A program made the position numbers and the translations under genes. Shown here piece by piece: positions 10,034 through 20,691 of a DNA stretch of 64,000 bases. The stretch covers positions 672,001 to 736,000 of the forward strand of contig OZ242180.1 of assembly GCA_965205485.1 (NCBI GenBank), read 5' to 3'. The notes below the pieces were generated by a model, which ran no database searches, was not told the origin of the DNA, and saw nothing but the letters and a program-made list of their open reading frames with translations. The first letter of the stretch is position 1. Every line of letters starts with the position of its first letter. Source of the DNA: Candidatus Latescibacterota bacterium. Lineage in GTDB: Bacteria; Latescibacterota; UBA2968; GCA-2709665.

Positions 10034-11092
10034 CTACCACGCGTCCATCACAATCTCCCGTCCGGTCCGGGCGGATTCGTAGATGGCCAGGATCAGGTCC
10101 ACGGACTTCCGTGCGGACTCGCCCGGGATGTGGGGCTCACGGTCTTCCAGTACGGCGCGGGTAATATCGTCTACGAGAAAGCCATGGCCGGGCGCGACGG
10201 CGCTGGCGGCGCCCACGTTGCCTGCCGCGGCGATCTGCCGCGGGGGAAACGCGTCGGCCGCGCGCCCGTCTTCCTCGGTCGTGGTCGCCCAGCGCGTGAT
10301 CTGGGTGCCGCTCATGGTGATGGTCCCGGAATTGCCGTGGAGTTCGATACGAGACGCCTCTCCCGGGTTGCAGGACGTGGTGCCGATGAGCGTCCCGAAG
10401 GCACCGCTTCGGTATTTGATCGTGGCGACGGCGGTGTCTTCCACTTCGATGTCGCGCACCTTGTGTTCGGCGCGCGCGAACACGGATTCGACGTCGTCAT
10501 CGATCAGCCACAGCAGAAGGTCCACCCCGTGTACCCCCTGGTTCATCAGCGCGCCGCCGCCGTCGTCCTTCCACGTACCGCGCCAGCCGGCACTGTTATA
10601 GTACGCTTGAGAGCGGTAGTTCTTCATCAGGGCATCTGCCAGCACCAGTTTGCCGAGTTCTCCGTTCCTGATGGCGTTTCGAACTCTGATGGCTTCATCG
10701 CTGGTTCGACTCTGAAAAATACAGCCGAGCTTGACGCCTGCATCGCGGCAGGCATCGATCATCCGGTCCATCTTTTCGCGTGTGACGTCCAGCGGTTTCT
10801 CACACAGGGAGTGCACACCCGCCCGGGCGGCCGCAATCACATTGTCGGCGTGCATGCCGGACGGGGTACAGATACCGGCGATGTGCACCCCGGGATCCGC
10901 GACCAGGTCCTGATAGTCTTTATAATATCTGATTCCACCGGACTCGGTAGCGAATTTCCTTCCTTTTTCCTCATTGTGATTGCATACCGCGACCAGTTCC
11001 GCGTCGGGACACGCTTCGATGCCGGACCGGAAATGGGCTGCGATCATGCCGGCGCCGATGATTCCCCATCCGAGTTTGCTGTTTTTCGCCAT
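10034..11092 (-). CDS. Gfo/Idh/MocA family oxidoreductase
   Basis: IIGAGMIA, CEKPL, WRGTWKDDGGGALMNQGVH. Confidence 0.92.
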   Translation of the reverse strand: MAKNSKLGWGIIGAGMIAAHFRSGIEACPDAELVAVCNHNEEKGRKFATESGGIRYYKDYQDLVADPGVHIAGICTPSGMHADNVIAAARAGVHSLCEKPLDVTREKMDRMIDACRDAGVKLGCIFQSRTSDEAIRVRNAIRNGELGKLVLADALMKNYRSQAYYNSAGWRGTWKDDGGGALMNQGVHGVDLLLWLIDDDVESVFARAEHKVRDIEVEDTAVATIKYRSGAFGTLIGTTSCNPGEASRIELHGNSGTITMSGTQITRWATTTEEDGRAADAFPPRQIAAAGNVGAASAVAPGHGFLVDDITRAVLEDREPHIPGESARKSVDLILAIYESARTGREIVMDAW

Positions 11093-11152
11093 TCTTGCAT
11101 CGTCCCCTTTCGGGTGTTGGAGAGCAGCGTTCCCTGAGGTGGCCGCGTTGCA

Positions 11153-12226
11153 TCAGCCTGCGTGCCGCACTTCGACTTCCCTGCCGGAGCGCGCGGACTC
11201 GTAGATCGCCAGAATGAGATCGACGGCCCCACGGGCGGACTCGCCGGTAACGTAGGGTTCACGGTCTTCTCTGATTGCCCGGACAAGGTCATCGACCAGG
11301 AATACGTGTCCCGAACTTCCGATGTCACTGGGGTCGGCCACCGCGCCTTCGATTTCGATTTCCTTCGGCGGTTCGCTGTCTTCGGCGCGGCCGTCTTCCT
11401 CAACGGTACTCGCCCAGCGGGTAATCGAACTGCCGCTGACCGTGATCGTACCGCGATCCCCGTGTAATTCGATGCGGCGGGCCTCGCCGGGGTTGCACGA
11501 AGTGGTTCCGATGAGCGCGCCGTAAGCGCCGTTCTTGAATCTCAGATTGGCCACGGCCGTGTCTTCCACTTCGATGTCGCGCACCTTGTGTTCGGCGCGC
11601 GCGAACACGGATTCGACGGGGCTTCCCATCAGCCACAGGAGAAGGTCCACGCCATGCACCCCCTGGTTCATGAGCGCGCCGCCCCCGTCAAGCGCCCAGG
11701 TGCCCCGCCAGCCCGCGCTCCGGTAATAGGCCTGGGAGCGGTAGTCCTTGAGATAGGCGTCGGCCAGAATCATCCGGCCCAGAAGACCGTCCTGAATGGC
11801 TTTGCGGGCCCTGATCATGTCCGGACTGGTCCGGCTCTGGAAAACGCAGCCGAGTTTCACCCCCGCATCGCGACAGGCCGCCGTCATTTCCGTCAGGCGG
11901 TCGGCGTCGATCTCCAGAGGCTTCTCGCACAGCACGTGCTTGCCCGCCCTCGCGGCCGCGGTCACACCCTCGCAATGAAGTCCGGAGGGCGTGCAGACGC
12001 TGACGATTTCGACCTGTGGGTCCCGAACAAGCTCTCTGTAATCTGAATACGTGCGAACGCAGGCCGCACCGCCATCCATACCGGCGAGGAATGACCGGAT
12101 CTGGTTCTCATCGGTATCGCAGACCGCCACCAGTTCGGCCTCGTCGCAGGCATCGATCGCCAGGCGATGGGTGGGCGCGATGACACCGCAGCCGATGATG
12201 CCGAAACCGAATTTGCCGTCCGCCAT
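11153..12226 (-). CDS. Gfo/Idh/MocA family oxidoreductase (tandem paralog of 10034-11092)
   Basis: IIGCGVIA, CEKPL, GGGALMNQGVH; GGAGG SD before ATG 12226. Confidence 0.92.
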   Translation of the reverse strand: MADGKFGFGIIGCGVIAPTHRLAIDACDEAELVAVCDTDENQIRSFLAGMDGGAACVRTYSDYRELVRDPQVEIVSVCTPSGLHCEGVTAAARAGKHVLCEKPLEIDADRLTEMTAACRDAGVKLGCVFQSRTSPDMIRARKAIQDGLLGRMILADAYLKDYRSQAYYRSAGWRGTWALDGGGALMNQGVHGVDLLLWLMGSPVESVFARAEHKVRDIEVEDTAVANLRFKNGAYGALIGTTSCNPGEARRIELHGDRGTITVSGSSITRWASTVEEDGRAEDSEPPKEIEIEGAVADPSDIGSSGHVFLVDDLVRAIREDREPYVTGESARGAVDLILAIYESARSGREVEVRHAG

Positions 12227-12314
12227 TCGCTGCCTCCGTATCCAGAAGCTGTTTGATAATTCCCGGCGGTCGAAACGGAAAGTTGCCGCGCCGGGAAGAT
12301 TTCGAGCCGTGTGC

Positions 12315-12343
12315 AATGTAGGTTACGCCCGCCGGGATGTCAA
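12315..12343 (-). promoter_or_regulatory. Putative sigma70 promoter for the Gfo pair
   Basis: TTGACA-N17-TACATT on the minus strand. Confidence 0.6.
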
Positions 12344-12423
12344 CGGGCATTTTACGCTTTTCAGCAATCGGGCCGTGCATATATTAGGCGGTCGGTGAAT
12401 CGCCGTCTGTCCGGGGGCCAGAT

Positions 12424-13938
12424 ATGGAGAAAAAGAAACCATCCGGCACGAAAATGCAGAGAATCGGTCTGATCGCCGGACCCGTTCTGGCCATCGCGCT
12501 TCTCCTGTTCACCGATCTGGAACCGGGCCGGCCGGCCGTGACCCGGACGGCGGCCGTGGCCCTGCTGATGGCCGTCTGGTGGATGACGGAAGCCGTGCCG
12601 CTCGCGGCAACCGCGCTGCTCCCCGTCGCGCTGTTCCCGCTGCTTGGGATCATGGACGGAAAGAAAGTCGCGCCGATCTATTTCAACCACGTCATCTTTC
12701 TCTTTGTCGGCGGCTTCATGGTGGCTCTGGCCATGCAGCGCTGGAACCTGCACCGTCGGATCGCATTGCGCGTCCTCCTCTGGTGCGGCGTTCGCCCGCG
12801 CCGGATTCTGCTGGGATTCATGGTTTCGACCGCGTTCCTGTCGATGTGGATCTCAAATACGGCCACCACCATGATGATGGTTCCAATCGTACTGGCGGTG
12901 GTGTTGAAACTGGAGGAGGGAGCGGCGCAGGGCAGGCTTGCCACCGGTCTGTTTCTGGGCGTGGCTTACGGCGCCTCCATCGGCGGCGTGGCGACGCTGG
13001 TGGGCACGCCGCCGAATCTCTCGTTCGCCAGGATTTTGAATATTCATTTCCCGGACGCGCCGGAGATCTCCTTCGCGAACTGGTTCCTGTTCGCATTCCC
13101 GATTTCCGTGCTGTTCCTGGTTGTCGCATGGATCCTGTTGAGTTGGCTCCACGCCGGCGGCAGGCAGGAGAGGACTCTCGACCAGAGTGTGCTTCGGGAT
13201 CAGTACAGGGCACTGGGGTCCCTCTCGTACGAAGAAGCCGTGGTTCTGGCGGATTTCGTACTGCTCGCGTTTCTCTGGCTTTTCCGGAACGAGATCCGCA
13301 TCGGCGAAGTAGAGATCCCGGGGTGGTCGGGGCTTTTTCCAGGCGGCGCGTATTTGAATGACGGCTCCGTTGCAATGGGAATGGCGCTTCTGCTTTTTCT
13401 GATCCCGGCACGCAGCGGTTCCGCGGAGAAGATCCTGGACCGGGAGACCGTGGCAAAGTTGCCCTGGCATATCATACTGCTCTTCGGAGGAGGCTTCGCC
13501 CTGGCGACAGGGTTCATTGAATCGGGCTTGTCCATGTGGTTCGGTCATCGCCTGGCGGGGCTCAGCGCCGTTCATCCCCTGCTGCTGGTGGCCGTCCTCT
13601 GCCTGATGATAACATTCCTCACCGAATTGACGTCGAACACCGCCACGGCCGAGATGTTCCTGCCCATTCTGGCTGCGTTGGGCGTCGCGATTCAGGTGAA
13701 TCCCCTTCTCTTGATGATTCCTGCCACATTATCGTGTTCGTTTGCATTCATGCTGCCTGTCGCGACGCCGCCGAACGCGATCGTGTTCGGAACGGACCGC
13801 GTCCGGATGACCGACATGGTCCGTGTGGGGCTGATATTGAATCTGACGGGGGTCGCCATCGTCGCCGGCGCCATCTATCTGCTGGGCGGGTCGGGCCTGG
13901 GAATCGAGCTGACGGGCTTGCCCGAATGGGCGAAATAG
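12424..13938 (+). CDS. SLC13/DASS sodium:dicarboxylate/sulfate symporter
   Basis: Multi-TM protein with two SNT motifs (ISNTAT, TSNTAT), GTPPN and VATPPNA. Confidence 0.92.
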   Translation: MEKKKPSGTKMQRIGLIAGPVLAIALLLFTDLEPGRPAVTRTAAVALLMAVWWMTEAVPLAATALLPVALFPLLGIMDGKKVAPIYFNHVIFLFVGGFMVALAMQRWNLHRRIALRVLLWCGVRPRRILLGFMVSTAFLSMWISNTATTMMMVPIVLAVVLKLEEGAAQGRLATGLFLGVAYGASIGGVATLVGTPPNLSFARILNIHFPDAPEISFANWFLFAFPISVLFLVVAWILLSWLHAGGRQERTLDQSVLRDQYRALGSLSYEEAVVLADFVLLAFLWLFRNEIRIGEVEIPGWSGLFPGGAYLNDGSVAMGMALLLFLIPARSGSAEKILDRETVAKLPWHIILLFGGGFALATGFIESGLSMWFGHRLAGLSAVHPLLLVAVLCLMITFLTELTSNTATAEMFLPILAALGVAIQVNPLLLMIPATLSCSFAFMLPVATPPNAIVFGTDRVRMTDMVRVGLILNLTGVAIVAGAIYLLGGSGLGIELTGLPEWAK

Positions 13939-14001
13939 TTCCTGTGCGGCAGCAGGAGGCCGGAGCAGATCCGGTTTCCGCTATTGGGAACGAGGACTAC
14001 A

Positions 14002-15000
14002 ATGTACGAACCTATTGACACGATCAGACTGACGTCGGGCGAACGGGTGGAAGCCGGAGTTGTGACAGGGCCGGACCCGGATTGGGCGGAGCGGATCGAA
14101 GCGCTTCTGGAACACAAGGGCGAGATGTGGCGCTGGGGTAACACGATGGTGCTCCGGGAGCGCCTGGACGTCGAGGCGTACTTTTATATTCTGCATCGCG
14201 GCGGGATCCCCTTTGCCAATATGAGTACGGTCGAAACGCGGGGTGTTGGGATATTCGGACACGTGTTTACAACGCCGGAGGACAGGCGGAAGCGCGCGGC
14301 GATGGAGCTGATGCGAGTGATGATGGATCATTTCAGACGGCGGGGCGGACGGGCGCTCTACCTCGGGACGGGTTATGACTCGCATCCTTATCACATATAC
14401 AGGGCCCACGGATTCACAGGCCTGGAACCTCGCAGCGGCTATATGGATTACCATACGACTTCAAGGGAGGCGTTCGAGAAGGGCTATTTCGCGAGAGGAC
14501 CGGTGGAAGTGGCCGCACTGGACTGGCGGGACTGGCCTGCGTCGACGGCCCTGTTTACCGGTGGATTTCCCGGTGTGACGCGGTGTGCAGGCATGCGGAT
14601 CTTCGGACGGCAGTCTACCGAGAGCCCGCTCTTGCCGTTCATTCGGGACGCGTCGACGCGCAGGGCGGATGGCAGAAGCGCGCGGGTGAAGGTGTTGCGG
14701 CAGGAGGTGACCACGGCGGTGACGGGCCTGGCGATGTGGTCGTTCGACAGTCTGTGGCCGGGAAGCTGCGTGGTGGACGTGTATTGCCATCCAAGCTTCT
14801 GGGACCGCTCGCACGAACTGCTGGGCGCGCTGGCGCTTCCGGAAGCGGAAAGGTACCTGGCTTATTGCGACGCGGGTTTCGAACCGAAGGCGGCAGCGCT
14901 GTCCCAGGCCGGTTTCCGCCCGTCCGTCATATACCGACGGCGCGTCGCGCGCGACCGTGCGCGAACGGCGTACGTCGACGTGGAGGTCTGGGAGAAATGA
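14002..15000 (+). CDS. GNAT-like acetyltransferase
   Basis: GHVFTTPEDRRKRAA motif A, YLGT...HIYRAHGF; GAGGA SD. Confidence 0.7.
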   Translation: MYEPIDTIRLTSGERVEAGVVTGPDPDWAERIEALLEHKGEMWRWGNTMVLRERLDVEAYFYILHRGGIPFANMSTVETRGVGIFGHVFTTPEDRRKRAAMELMRVMMDHFRRRGGRALYLGTGYDSHPYHIYRAHGFTGLEPRSGYMDYHTTSREAFEKGYFARGPVEVAALDWRDWPASTALFTGGFPGVTRCAGMRIFGRQSTESPLLPFIRDASTRRADGRSARVKVLRQEVTTAVTGLAMWSFDSLWPGSCVVDVYCHPSFWDRSHELLGALALPEAERYLAYCDAGFEPKAAALSQAGFRPSVIYRRRVARDRARTAYVDVEVWEK

Positions 15001-15080
15001 GCGCGAACCGGCAGGCAGCGACCGCCGCTGGATTACGCGCGGCTGGCATCGGGGCGATCCGACAGATCGTCCCGTTTTTC

Positions 15081-16844
15081 TTAATCGGCGGCGTTCTCCC
15101 GGGCCTGGGGAATACGCCAGCCGCGTGAAATCTCCTGCGTACGCACCATGCGGGCGTAGAGACCGTCCCGAGTCATAAGGTCCTCGTGATCGCCTGATTC
15201 GACGATGCGTCCGCCATTGCAGACGAGAATCTTGTCGGCATTGCGCACGGTGGACAGCCGGTGCGCGATCACGATCGTCGTACGATGGCGCGTCAGGCGT
15301 GCGATGGCTTCCTGGATGAGGATTTCGGTCTCGGCGTCCACCGAGGACGTGGCTTCGTCCAGGATCAGGACCGGGGCGTCTTTCAACACCGCGCGTGCAA
15401 TGGACAACCGCTGCTTCTGGCCGCCGGAAAGCCGGATCCCCCGTTCACCGACGAGCGTGTCGTAGCCTTCCGGCAGATCCAGGATGAAGTCCTCCGCGTT
15501 GGCCGTTCGGGCCGCTTCCCGGACCTCCCGGTCGGTCGCGTCCGGTCGGCCGACGAGCAGATTCTCCCGTACTGTGGCGTGAAACAGAAAGACATCCTGG
15601 AACACGGTTGCGATCTGCGAGCGCAGGTAGGCCAGCCGGAGAGTGCGGATATCGTACCCGCCTATGTAGACCCCGCCTCGCTGAGGGTCGTAAAAGCGTG
15701 GAATCAGGCTGGCGACGGTGGTTTTGCCGGCCCCGGTAGGACCGACGAGGGCGATGATTTCTCCAGCCTCGACATCGAATTCGACCCCGTGGAGCACGGG
15801 ATTTTCTGGATCGTATCCGAATGTGACGTCGCGGAACCTGATGTCCCAGTTCATGGCTTTCGGCGCAATCGCGTCGGGGGCGTCATCGATGTCTGATTCG
15901 ACGGCAAGGAGCTGGAAGACGCGGTCTGTGCTTGCCACGGCTTTCTGCAGGATATCGTTGAACGAGGCGAGCTGAAGAAAGGGCTGGTAGATATGGCCCA
16001 TGTAGACGATGAAAACAAATAGGTCCGCAACCGAAATGACGCCTTCCAGCGCCATATTGCCGCCGCTCCAGATGACCAGAACGATGCCGATGCCGCCCGC
16101 GGCCTCAATGATCCCGGCGGGCAGAAGGGAAACGCGGTTGGCCGTTACGCTGCTGTCTCTGAACTTCCGGCTCCGGGCTTCGATCAGGCGGACGCGACGG
16201 GTTTCCTGCGCGAAGGACTTGATAACCGGGATGCCGGAAAAGCTGTCCTGGACCAGCGCGATGAGATCGGCCAGATGCGCGCGCACGGCGCTCCAGAGCG
16301 CGCGGACCTTCGAGACGTAACGGTAAATCAGCAGGGTTGTCAGCGGAATGGGGATCAGGGTAATGAGTGCGAGTTCGGGGTTCAGAGTAAACAGCACGAC
16401 AATCATCGAAACGGGTATGATCGCGGCCAATGCCGTCTCCGGGATGCCGTGGGCAACAAAGTCCTCAAGCGCTTCAACGTCGTTGATTGAACGGGAAATG
16501 AGATTGCCGGTCCGCTGTTTGTTGAAGAAGCGATGGGGCAGGCTCTGCAGGTGCCGGTAGATCCTCACCATCAGGTCGTGCATCACGCGATAGGCGGCAA
16601 TGTGTGAAAAGTAACCGTAACCGTATCTGGTTGCGCCCCGAAAAAGGTAGACCCCTATCAGGAGCAGACTGATCTGAATCAGGTCGGCGCCATGGGCGCC
16701 TTCCGTCAGCCACCGGATGAGTTCCCTGATCAGCAACGGCGGCAGGAGGTTCGCGGCGGCAAAGAGGAGCCCGCAGGCGACGGTGAGGGCGATAAGCAGT
16801 CGTTTGCCCGCCAGAATGCTGTAGAGTTGTGCGAAGAAGCCCAT
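15081..16844 (-). CDS. ABC exporter, fused permease/ATPase (MsbA-like)
   Basis: N-terminal TM domain, GPTGAGKT, LSGGQKQR, ILDEATS, IAHRLST. Confidence 0.92.
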   Translation of the reverse strand: MGFFAQLYSILAGKRLLIALTVACGLLFAAANLLPPLLIRELIRWLTEGAHGADLIQISLLLIGVYLFRGATRYGYGYFSHIAAYRVMHDLMVRIYRHLQSLPHRFFNKQRTGNLISRSINDVEALEDFVAHGIPETALAAIIPVSMIVVLFTLNPELALITLIPIPLTTLLIYRYVSKVRALWSAVRAHLADLIALVQDSFSGIPVIKSFAQETRRVRLIEARSRKFRDSSVTANRVSLLPAGIIEAAGGIGIVLVIWSGGNMALEGVISVADLFVFIVYMGHIYQPFLQLASFNDILQKAVASTDRVFQLLAVESDIDDAPDAIAPKAMNWDIRFRDVTFGYDPENPVLHGVEFDVEAGEIIALVGPTGAGKTTVASLIPRFYDPQRGGVYIGGYDIRTLRLAYLRSQIATVFQDVFLFHATVRENLLVGRPDATDREVREAARTANAEDFILDLPEGYDTLVGERGIRLSGGQKQRLSIARAVLKDAPVLILDEATSSVDAETEILIQEAIARLTRHRTTIVIAHRLSTVRNADKILVCNGGRIVESGDHEDLMTRDGLYARMVRTQEISRGWRIPQARENAAD

Positions 16845-17120
16845 GGACAATGACGATTCCTGCCGGAAGGAGCGATCCTGTGTTCGTACGGAGTCCGATG
16901 CAGGTTCGTTCGGGTACGGACCGGAACTCACGTGTGAGAACATAAACCTAGGTTTCCACGGGAGTAAAGTCAACTCCTTTGGCTACGGAGGAGTACGCAC
17001 TCGAATTTTCAGTTGTGTAAGAAGAACTTACATTCTATATTGTTTTCCAGCGTACATAAATTTAGTGCTTTTAATAACTGTGTGCGCATATTTAAAATAT
17101 ACGCTTATGGAATTCCGTTC

Positions 17121-17192
17121 GCGGATTTTCCCGCCTTGACCGCCACTTTTTCGCTCGCGCTCGGGAACTCACCGGTAATTTAAAACAGCTTC
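17121..17192 (-). mobile_element. Partial copy (left ~70 bp) of the MITE at 37204-37364
   Basis: Reverse complement gaagctgttttaaattaccggtgagttcccgagcgcgagcgaaaaagtggcggtcaaggcgggaaaat aligns with gaagctgttttaaaattcctggtgagtcccgagcgcgagcgaaaatgtgtcggtcaaggcgggcaaat at 37204. Confidence 0.75.
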
Positions 17193-17207
17193 ATAGAGGG
17201 AGCGGCG

Positions 17208-18239
17208 ATGGAGATGTCGAAGTCTAGCATTGATCCAATAGAGACCGAAACGGCGCTTGTCGATCGGATGACCGAGCCGGTTCCCGAGGTGAGGGATGCC
17301 GTATCCAGAATCAACGGCGAGGTCATGATTCTCGGCATCGCCGGCAAAATGGGGTTGACGCTGGGCGAACTTCTGGTGCGTTCCGGCGCCAGCGGCGTGA
17401 TCGGGGTCTCCCGGTTCTCCAGTCCCGGTGACCGGGAATACCTCGAGGCGAGGGGCGTACGGACGGTACGGTGCGACCTGATCGACGACGATTCGCTCCG
17501 CGCACTTCCCGAGGTTGGCCACGTAATCCTGCTTGCCGGGCACAAGTTCGGCTCGACAGGAAATGAACCCCTGACATGGGCAATGAACGCGCTGCTTCCC
17601 GGCAAGGTGATGCAGCGGTTCCGGGATTCACGAATCGTCTATGTTTCTTCGGGAAACGTCTACCGGTTTGTGTCTCCGGATTCCGGCGGTTCGGTGGAGT
17701 CGTCGCCTCTGGGCCCGGTCGGTGAATACGCGCAGTCCCGTCTTGGAGGGGAGCGGCTGGCGGCCTACTACGCGGAACGGAACGGTACTCCCCTCGCGAT
17801 TGTGCGGTTGTTCTACGCAACGGAGTTGCGCTACGGGGTATTTCTGGATATCGCGCAGATGGTCTGGACGGGACAACCGATCGATCTGAGCATGGGATAT
17901 GTTAACCAGATCTGGCAGGGAGACGCGAACGCCTATCTTGCGCGGAGCTTTCCGCTCTGTGAGAGCCCCGCGCGGATCCTCAACATGACAGGGTCCGAAC
18001 AGCTTGAGATCCGCGACGTCGCGTTGAAGCTGGGCGCGCTGATGGGGCGGACACCTGTCTTTGAGGGCGAAGAGAGCCGCACTGCCCTGCTGGGCAATGC
18101 GAACGCGCTGTTCAGCCTCCTGGGACCGCCCCGGGTCTCGTCCGGAGAGATGATGGAATGGGTGGCGGCCTGGGTGATGAACGGGGGTCCGACGCTGGGC
18201 AAGCCCACCAAGTACGAATCCCGGAACGGGCAGTTCTAG
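17208..18239 (+). CDS. NAD-dependent epimerase/dehydratase (extended SDR)
   Basis: LGIAGKMG, AGHKFG, SSGNVY, GEYAQSR. Confidence 0.85.
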   Translation: MEMSKSSIDPIETETALVDRMTEPVPEVRDAVSRINGEVMILGIAGKMGLTLGELLVRSGASGVIGVSRFSSPGDREYLEARGVRTVRCDLIDDDSLRALPEVGHVILLAGHKFGSTGNEPLTWAMNALLPGKVMQRFRDSRIVYVSSGNVYRFVSPDSGGSVESSPLGPVGEYAQSRLGGERLAAYYAERNGTPLAIVRLFYATELRYGVFLDIAQMVWTGQPIDLSMGYVNQIWQGDANAYLARSFPLCESPARILNMTGSEQLEIRDVALKLGALMGRTPVFEGEESRTALLGNANALFSLLGPPRVSSGEMMEWVAAWVMNGGPTLGKPTKYESRNGQF

Positions 18240-18290
18240 TGTACGGCCCTGGATAAACGGTCTGCAGGAGCGGGTTGGGAGATTCCGGTA

Positions 18291-19607
18291 ATGGGCGAAC
18301 TGAAAGCCGGCGTTGCCGAGGTCACGATCACCCCGCCCATCGGTATTTCCCTCTGCGGGTTCGGAAACCGGAAGGGGCCGGCCGATACGGTTCACGACGA
18401 TCTGTTCGCTCGCGCGCTGGTATTGGACGACGGTCGGACACGGCTGGCGATCGTTACATCGGACCTCATCTCCTTCGCGACCGACCTGGTTCATCGGCTA
18501 CGGGACCTGGTCGAACGCGCTTCGGGCGTGCCGGGCGAGGGTCTGCTGCTGAACGGATCGCACTCTCATTCCGGACCCACGGTGATGTCGTTTCGCAGCA
18601 TGGGATCGCGCGACGCAGCGTACGAAAACGTGCTGTGCCGGCAGGTCGCGGGCGCCGTCCGGATGGCGGCGGACCGTCTGGAGCCCGTTTCGCTCGGGGT
18701 CGGCCGGGCACCCGTCAGGATCGCCATTAACCGACGCGCCCGCCGTAACGGAAGAATGACGATCGGCCATAACCCTGAAGGCGCCGAAGCCCCCTGGGTC
18801 GACGTGCTTCGCATCGACGCCCGGTCCGGTTCACCGCTCGGGCTCCTGTATATGACGGCGGCCCATCCTGTCAACCTTCGGGGCCTGGCGTTCAGCGCGG
18901 AATTTCCCGGATACGCGGCTCGGACGATTCGGCGGGAACTCGACGGCGCGCTTCCGATGTTCGCGCAGGGCTGTTGCGGCGACATCAACTGTACGCCGAT
19001 GGACGGTACATTGCGGACAACCATGCGGCAAGGCGACCTGCTGGGAGGGGCTGCCGTGAACGCCGCCCGTCACGCGGAGCCGTTGGAATCGAACGTCCTG
19101 GGGGTGGCGCGCCAGGTGATTTATCTTCCCACGAGAATCCCTTCGGTGGATGAGGCGGAACGTGCCCTCGAGGATCAGAAGACACGTGTGCAGGAAACGG
19201 AGCAGGACCCCGAAGCAACCGACTATCTCATCCGCCAGTACCGAGGACAGATCGAGTGGGCTGAAGATTATCTGCGCGCGGCGCGAAACCGCCGACCCCG
19301 GCCGGAAGCGTTCGAGATCCAGGCGATGAGAATCGGAGAGGCGGCGATTGTGGCGTACCCGGGCGAAATGTTCGTGGACTATCAACTCGAAATGGACCGG
19401 GCGTCGCCATTCAAAAAGACATTCACCCTCGCGTACAGCAACGGATGCATCGGATATGTGCCAACGGCGAAGGCATTTCCTGAGGGGGGTTACGAAGTTG
19501 ACCACGCTTTCCGATATTATGGTACGTTAATGATTACTTCGGCCTGTGAACGGATGATTAAATCCGCGACCGTCGAAATGTTGAACGGATTGAAATGCAA
19601 CAACTGA
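18291..19607 (+). CDS. Neutral/alkaline ceramidase N-terminal-domain-like amidohydrolase
   Basis: GVAEVTITPP, HDDLFARAL, SHSHSGP, QGCCGD, PGEMF, GYVPT...GGYE. Confidence 0.82.
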   Translation: MGELKAGVAEVTITPPIGISLCGFGNRKGPADTVHDDLFARALVLDDGRTRLAIVTSDLISFATDLVHRLRDLVERASGVPGEGLLLNGSHSHSGPTVMSFRSMGSRDAAYENVLCRQVAGAVRMAADRLEPVSLGVGRAPVRIAINRRARRNGRMTIGHNPEGAEAPWVDVLRIDARSGSPLGLLYMTAAHPVNLRGLAFSAEFPGYAARTIRRELDGALPMFAQGCCGDINCTPMDGTLRTTMRQGDLLGGAAVNAARHAEPLESNVLGVARQVIYLPTRIPSVDEAERALEDQKTRVQETEQDPEATDYLIRQYRGQIEWAEDYLRAARNRRPRPEAFEIQAMRIGEAAIVAYPGEMFVDYQLEMDRASPFKKTFTLAYSNGCIGYVPTAKAFPEGGYEVDHAFRYYGTLMITSACERMIKSATVEMLNGLKCNN

Positions 19608-20587
19608 CTCGGGCCACGTTTATGCGTCTACTGCTTCTGTGCGGGTTGGTGTGCATCTGGGCGACACCATGCGAAGGCGGAAGCATAAAAAAAGAGTCAT
19701 TCGCAGAAGGGACGAATTCCGCGGAGGCGGCGTTTGCGAGGTATCGCCCGAGACGGATCGGGCTCATGGTTCTGGCGTCGGACCGGGACCCTGATCCCGG
19801 GCTCCAATACGCCGGCCGGGTTGTACTGGGATACACGCGCCAGTTGCAGGGGGACCCGTTTCGGATGCCGCGCAGGTACGAACTCCGCTTGTACGAAGCC
19901 ATCCGTTCGGCGCTGCAGGCCAGGGGATACGTGGTCCGGCACCTGGGCAACTGGAGTGGATTGCGTCTGGGAGAGGTGATCGAGCGAGCAACCGACGTGG
20001 ATGTGGTGTGCGCGGCGCATTACTATATAAAGCGTAACCACAGGATCGGCGAATTCGACGGCTTCAGCTGGTCGTCTCCCTTCGAGGGAATGCATCTGAA
20101 TGTCCGTGCGGTGTTCTATCACGTCGGGAGCACGAAATCGATATACAGTTTGGAGGCCGACGCGCTTGGGACCGAGGAACTATATGCCAATGTGGGTGAG
20201 ATCGTGGCCGAGGAACCGCTCTATCCGGACGGTTACGACGAGCACGGGAGTCCCAATTCGTACAAGATCGCAGTATATCAGACCTCGCTGCGGGACTTGA
20301 AGCTTGCAGAACATCCAGTCCCGATAATACGCACGGCGGAAGGCTCCCTCGACATAACGTACGACGGGGGGTGGCTCCGTAAGGGAAGAGTGCGATTGAA
20401 AAACGTGATGGGACGTCTCAATATTCCCATCCCGGAGGATCTCGCCAGACAGAACAGCGTACTCGCACGGATGCTTGAATACGTTTCATTCCGCCCCAGG
20501 GACGATGATCGGGAATATTTCGATCTGCTGGGCGTCGCGCAGATGGGCCGTTTGGTTCAACGAAGAATCCCGCAACGTAGTCCATAG
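19595..20587 (+). CDS. Hypothetical secreted protein
   Basis: Long ORF overlapping the upstream stop, with an N-terminal hydrophobic signal-like segment; no family recognised. Confidence 0.65.
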   Translation: MQQLTRATFMRLLLLCGLVCIWATPCEGGSIKKESFAEGTNSAEAAFARYRPRRIGLMVLASDRDPDPGLQYAGRVVLGYTRQLQGDPFRMPRRYELRLYEAIRSALQARGYVVRHLGNWSGLRLGEVIERATDVDVVCAAHYYIKRNHRIGEFDGFSWSSPFEGMHLNVRAVFYHVGSTKSIYSLEADALGTEELYANVGEIVAEEPLYPDGYDEHGSPNSYKIAVYQTSLRDLKLAEHPVPIIRTAEGSLDITYDGGWLRKGRVRLKNVMGRLNIPIPEDLARQNSVLARMLEYVSFRPRDDDREYFDLLGVAQMGRLVQRRIPQRSP

Positions 20588-20691
20588 CAGGATCCGTGGA
20601 ACAGGTTTGCTTCGCCCGGCGTCAGAATAACGCGCTCACGGGTGTACGTCCGGCCGTCTGAGGCTAATTCCAACGAACAGGATACGGTTAT

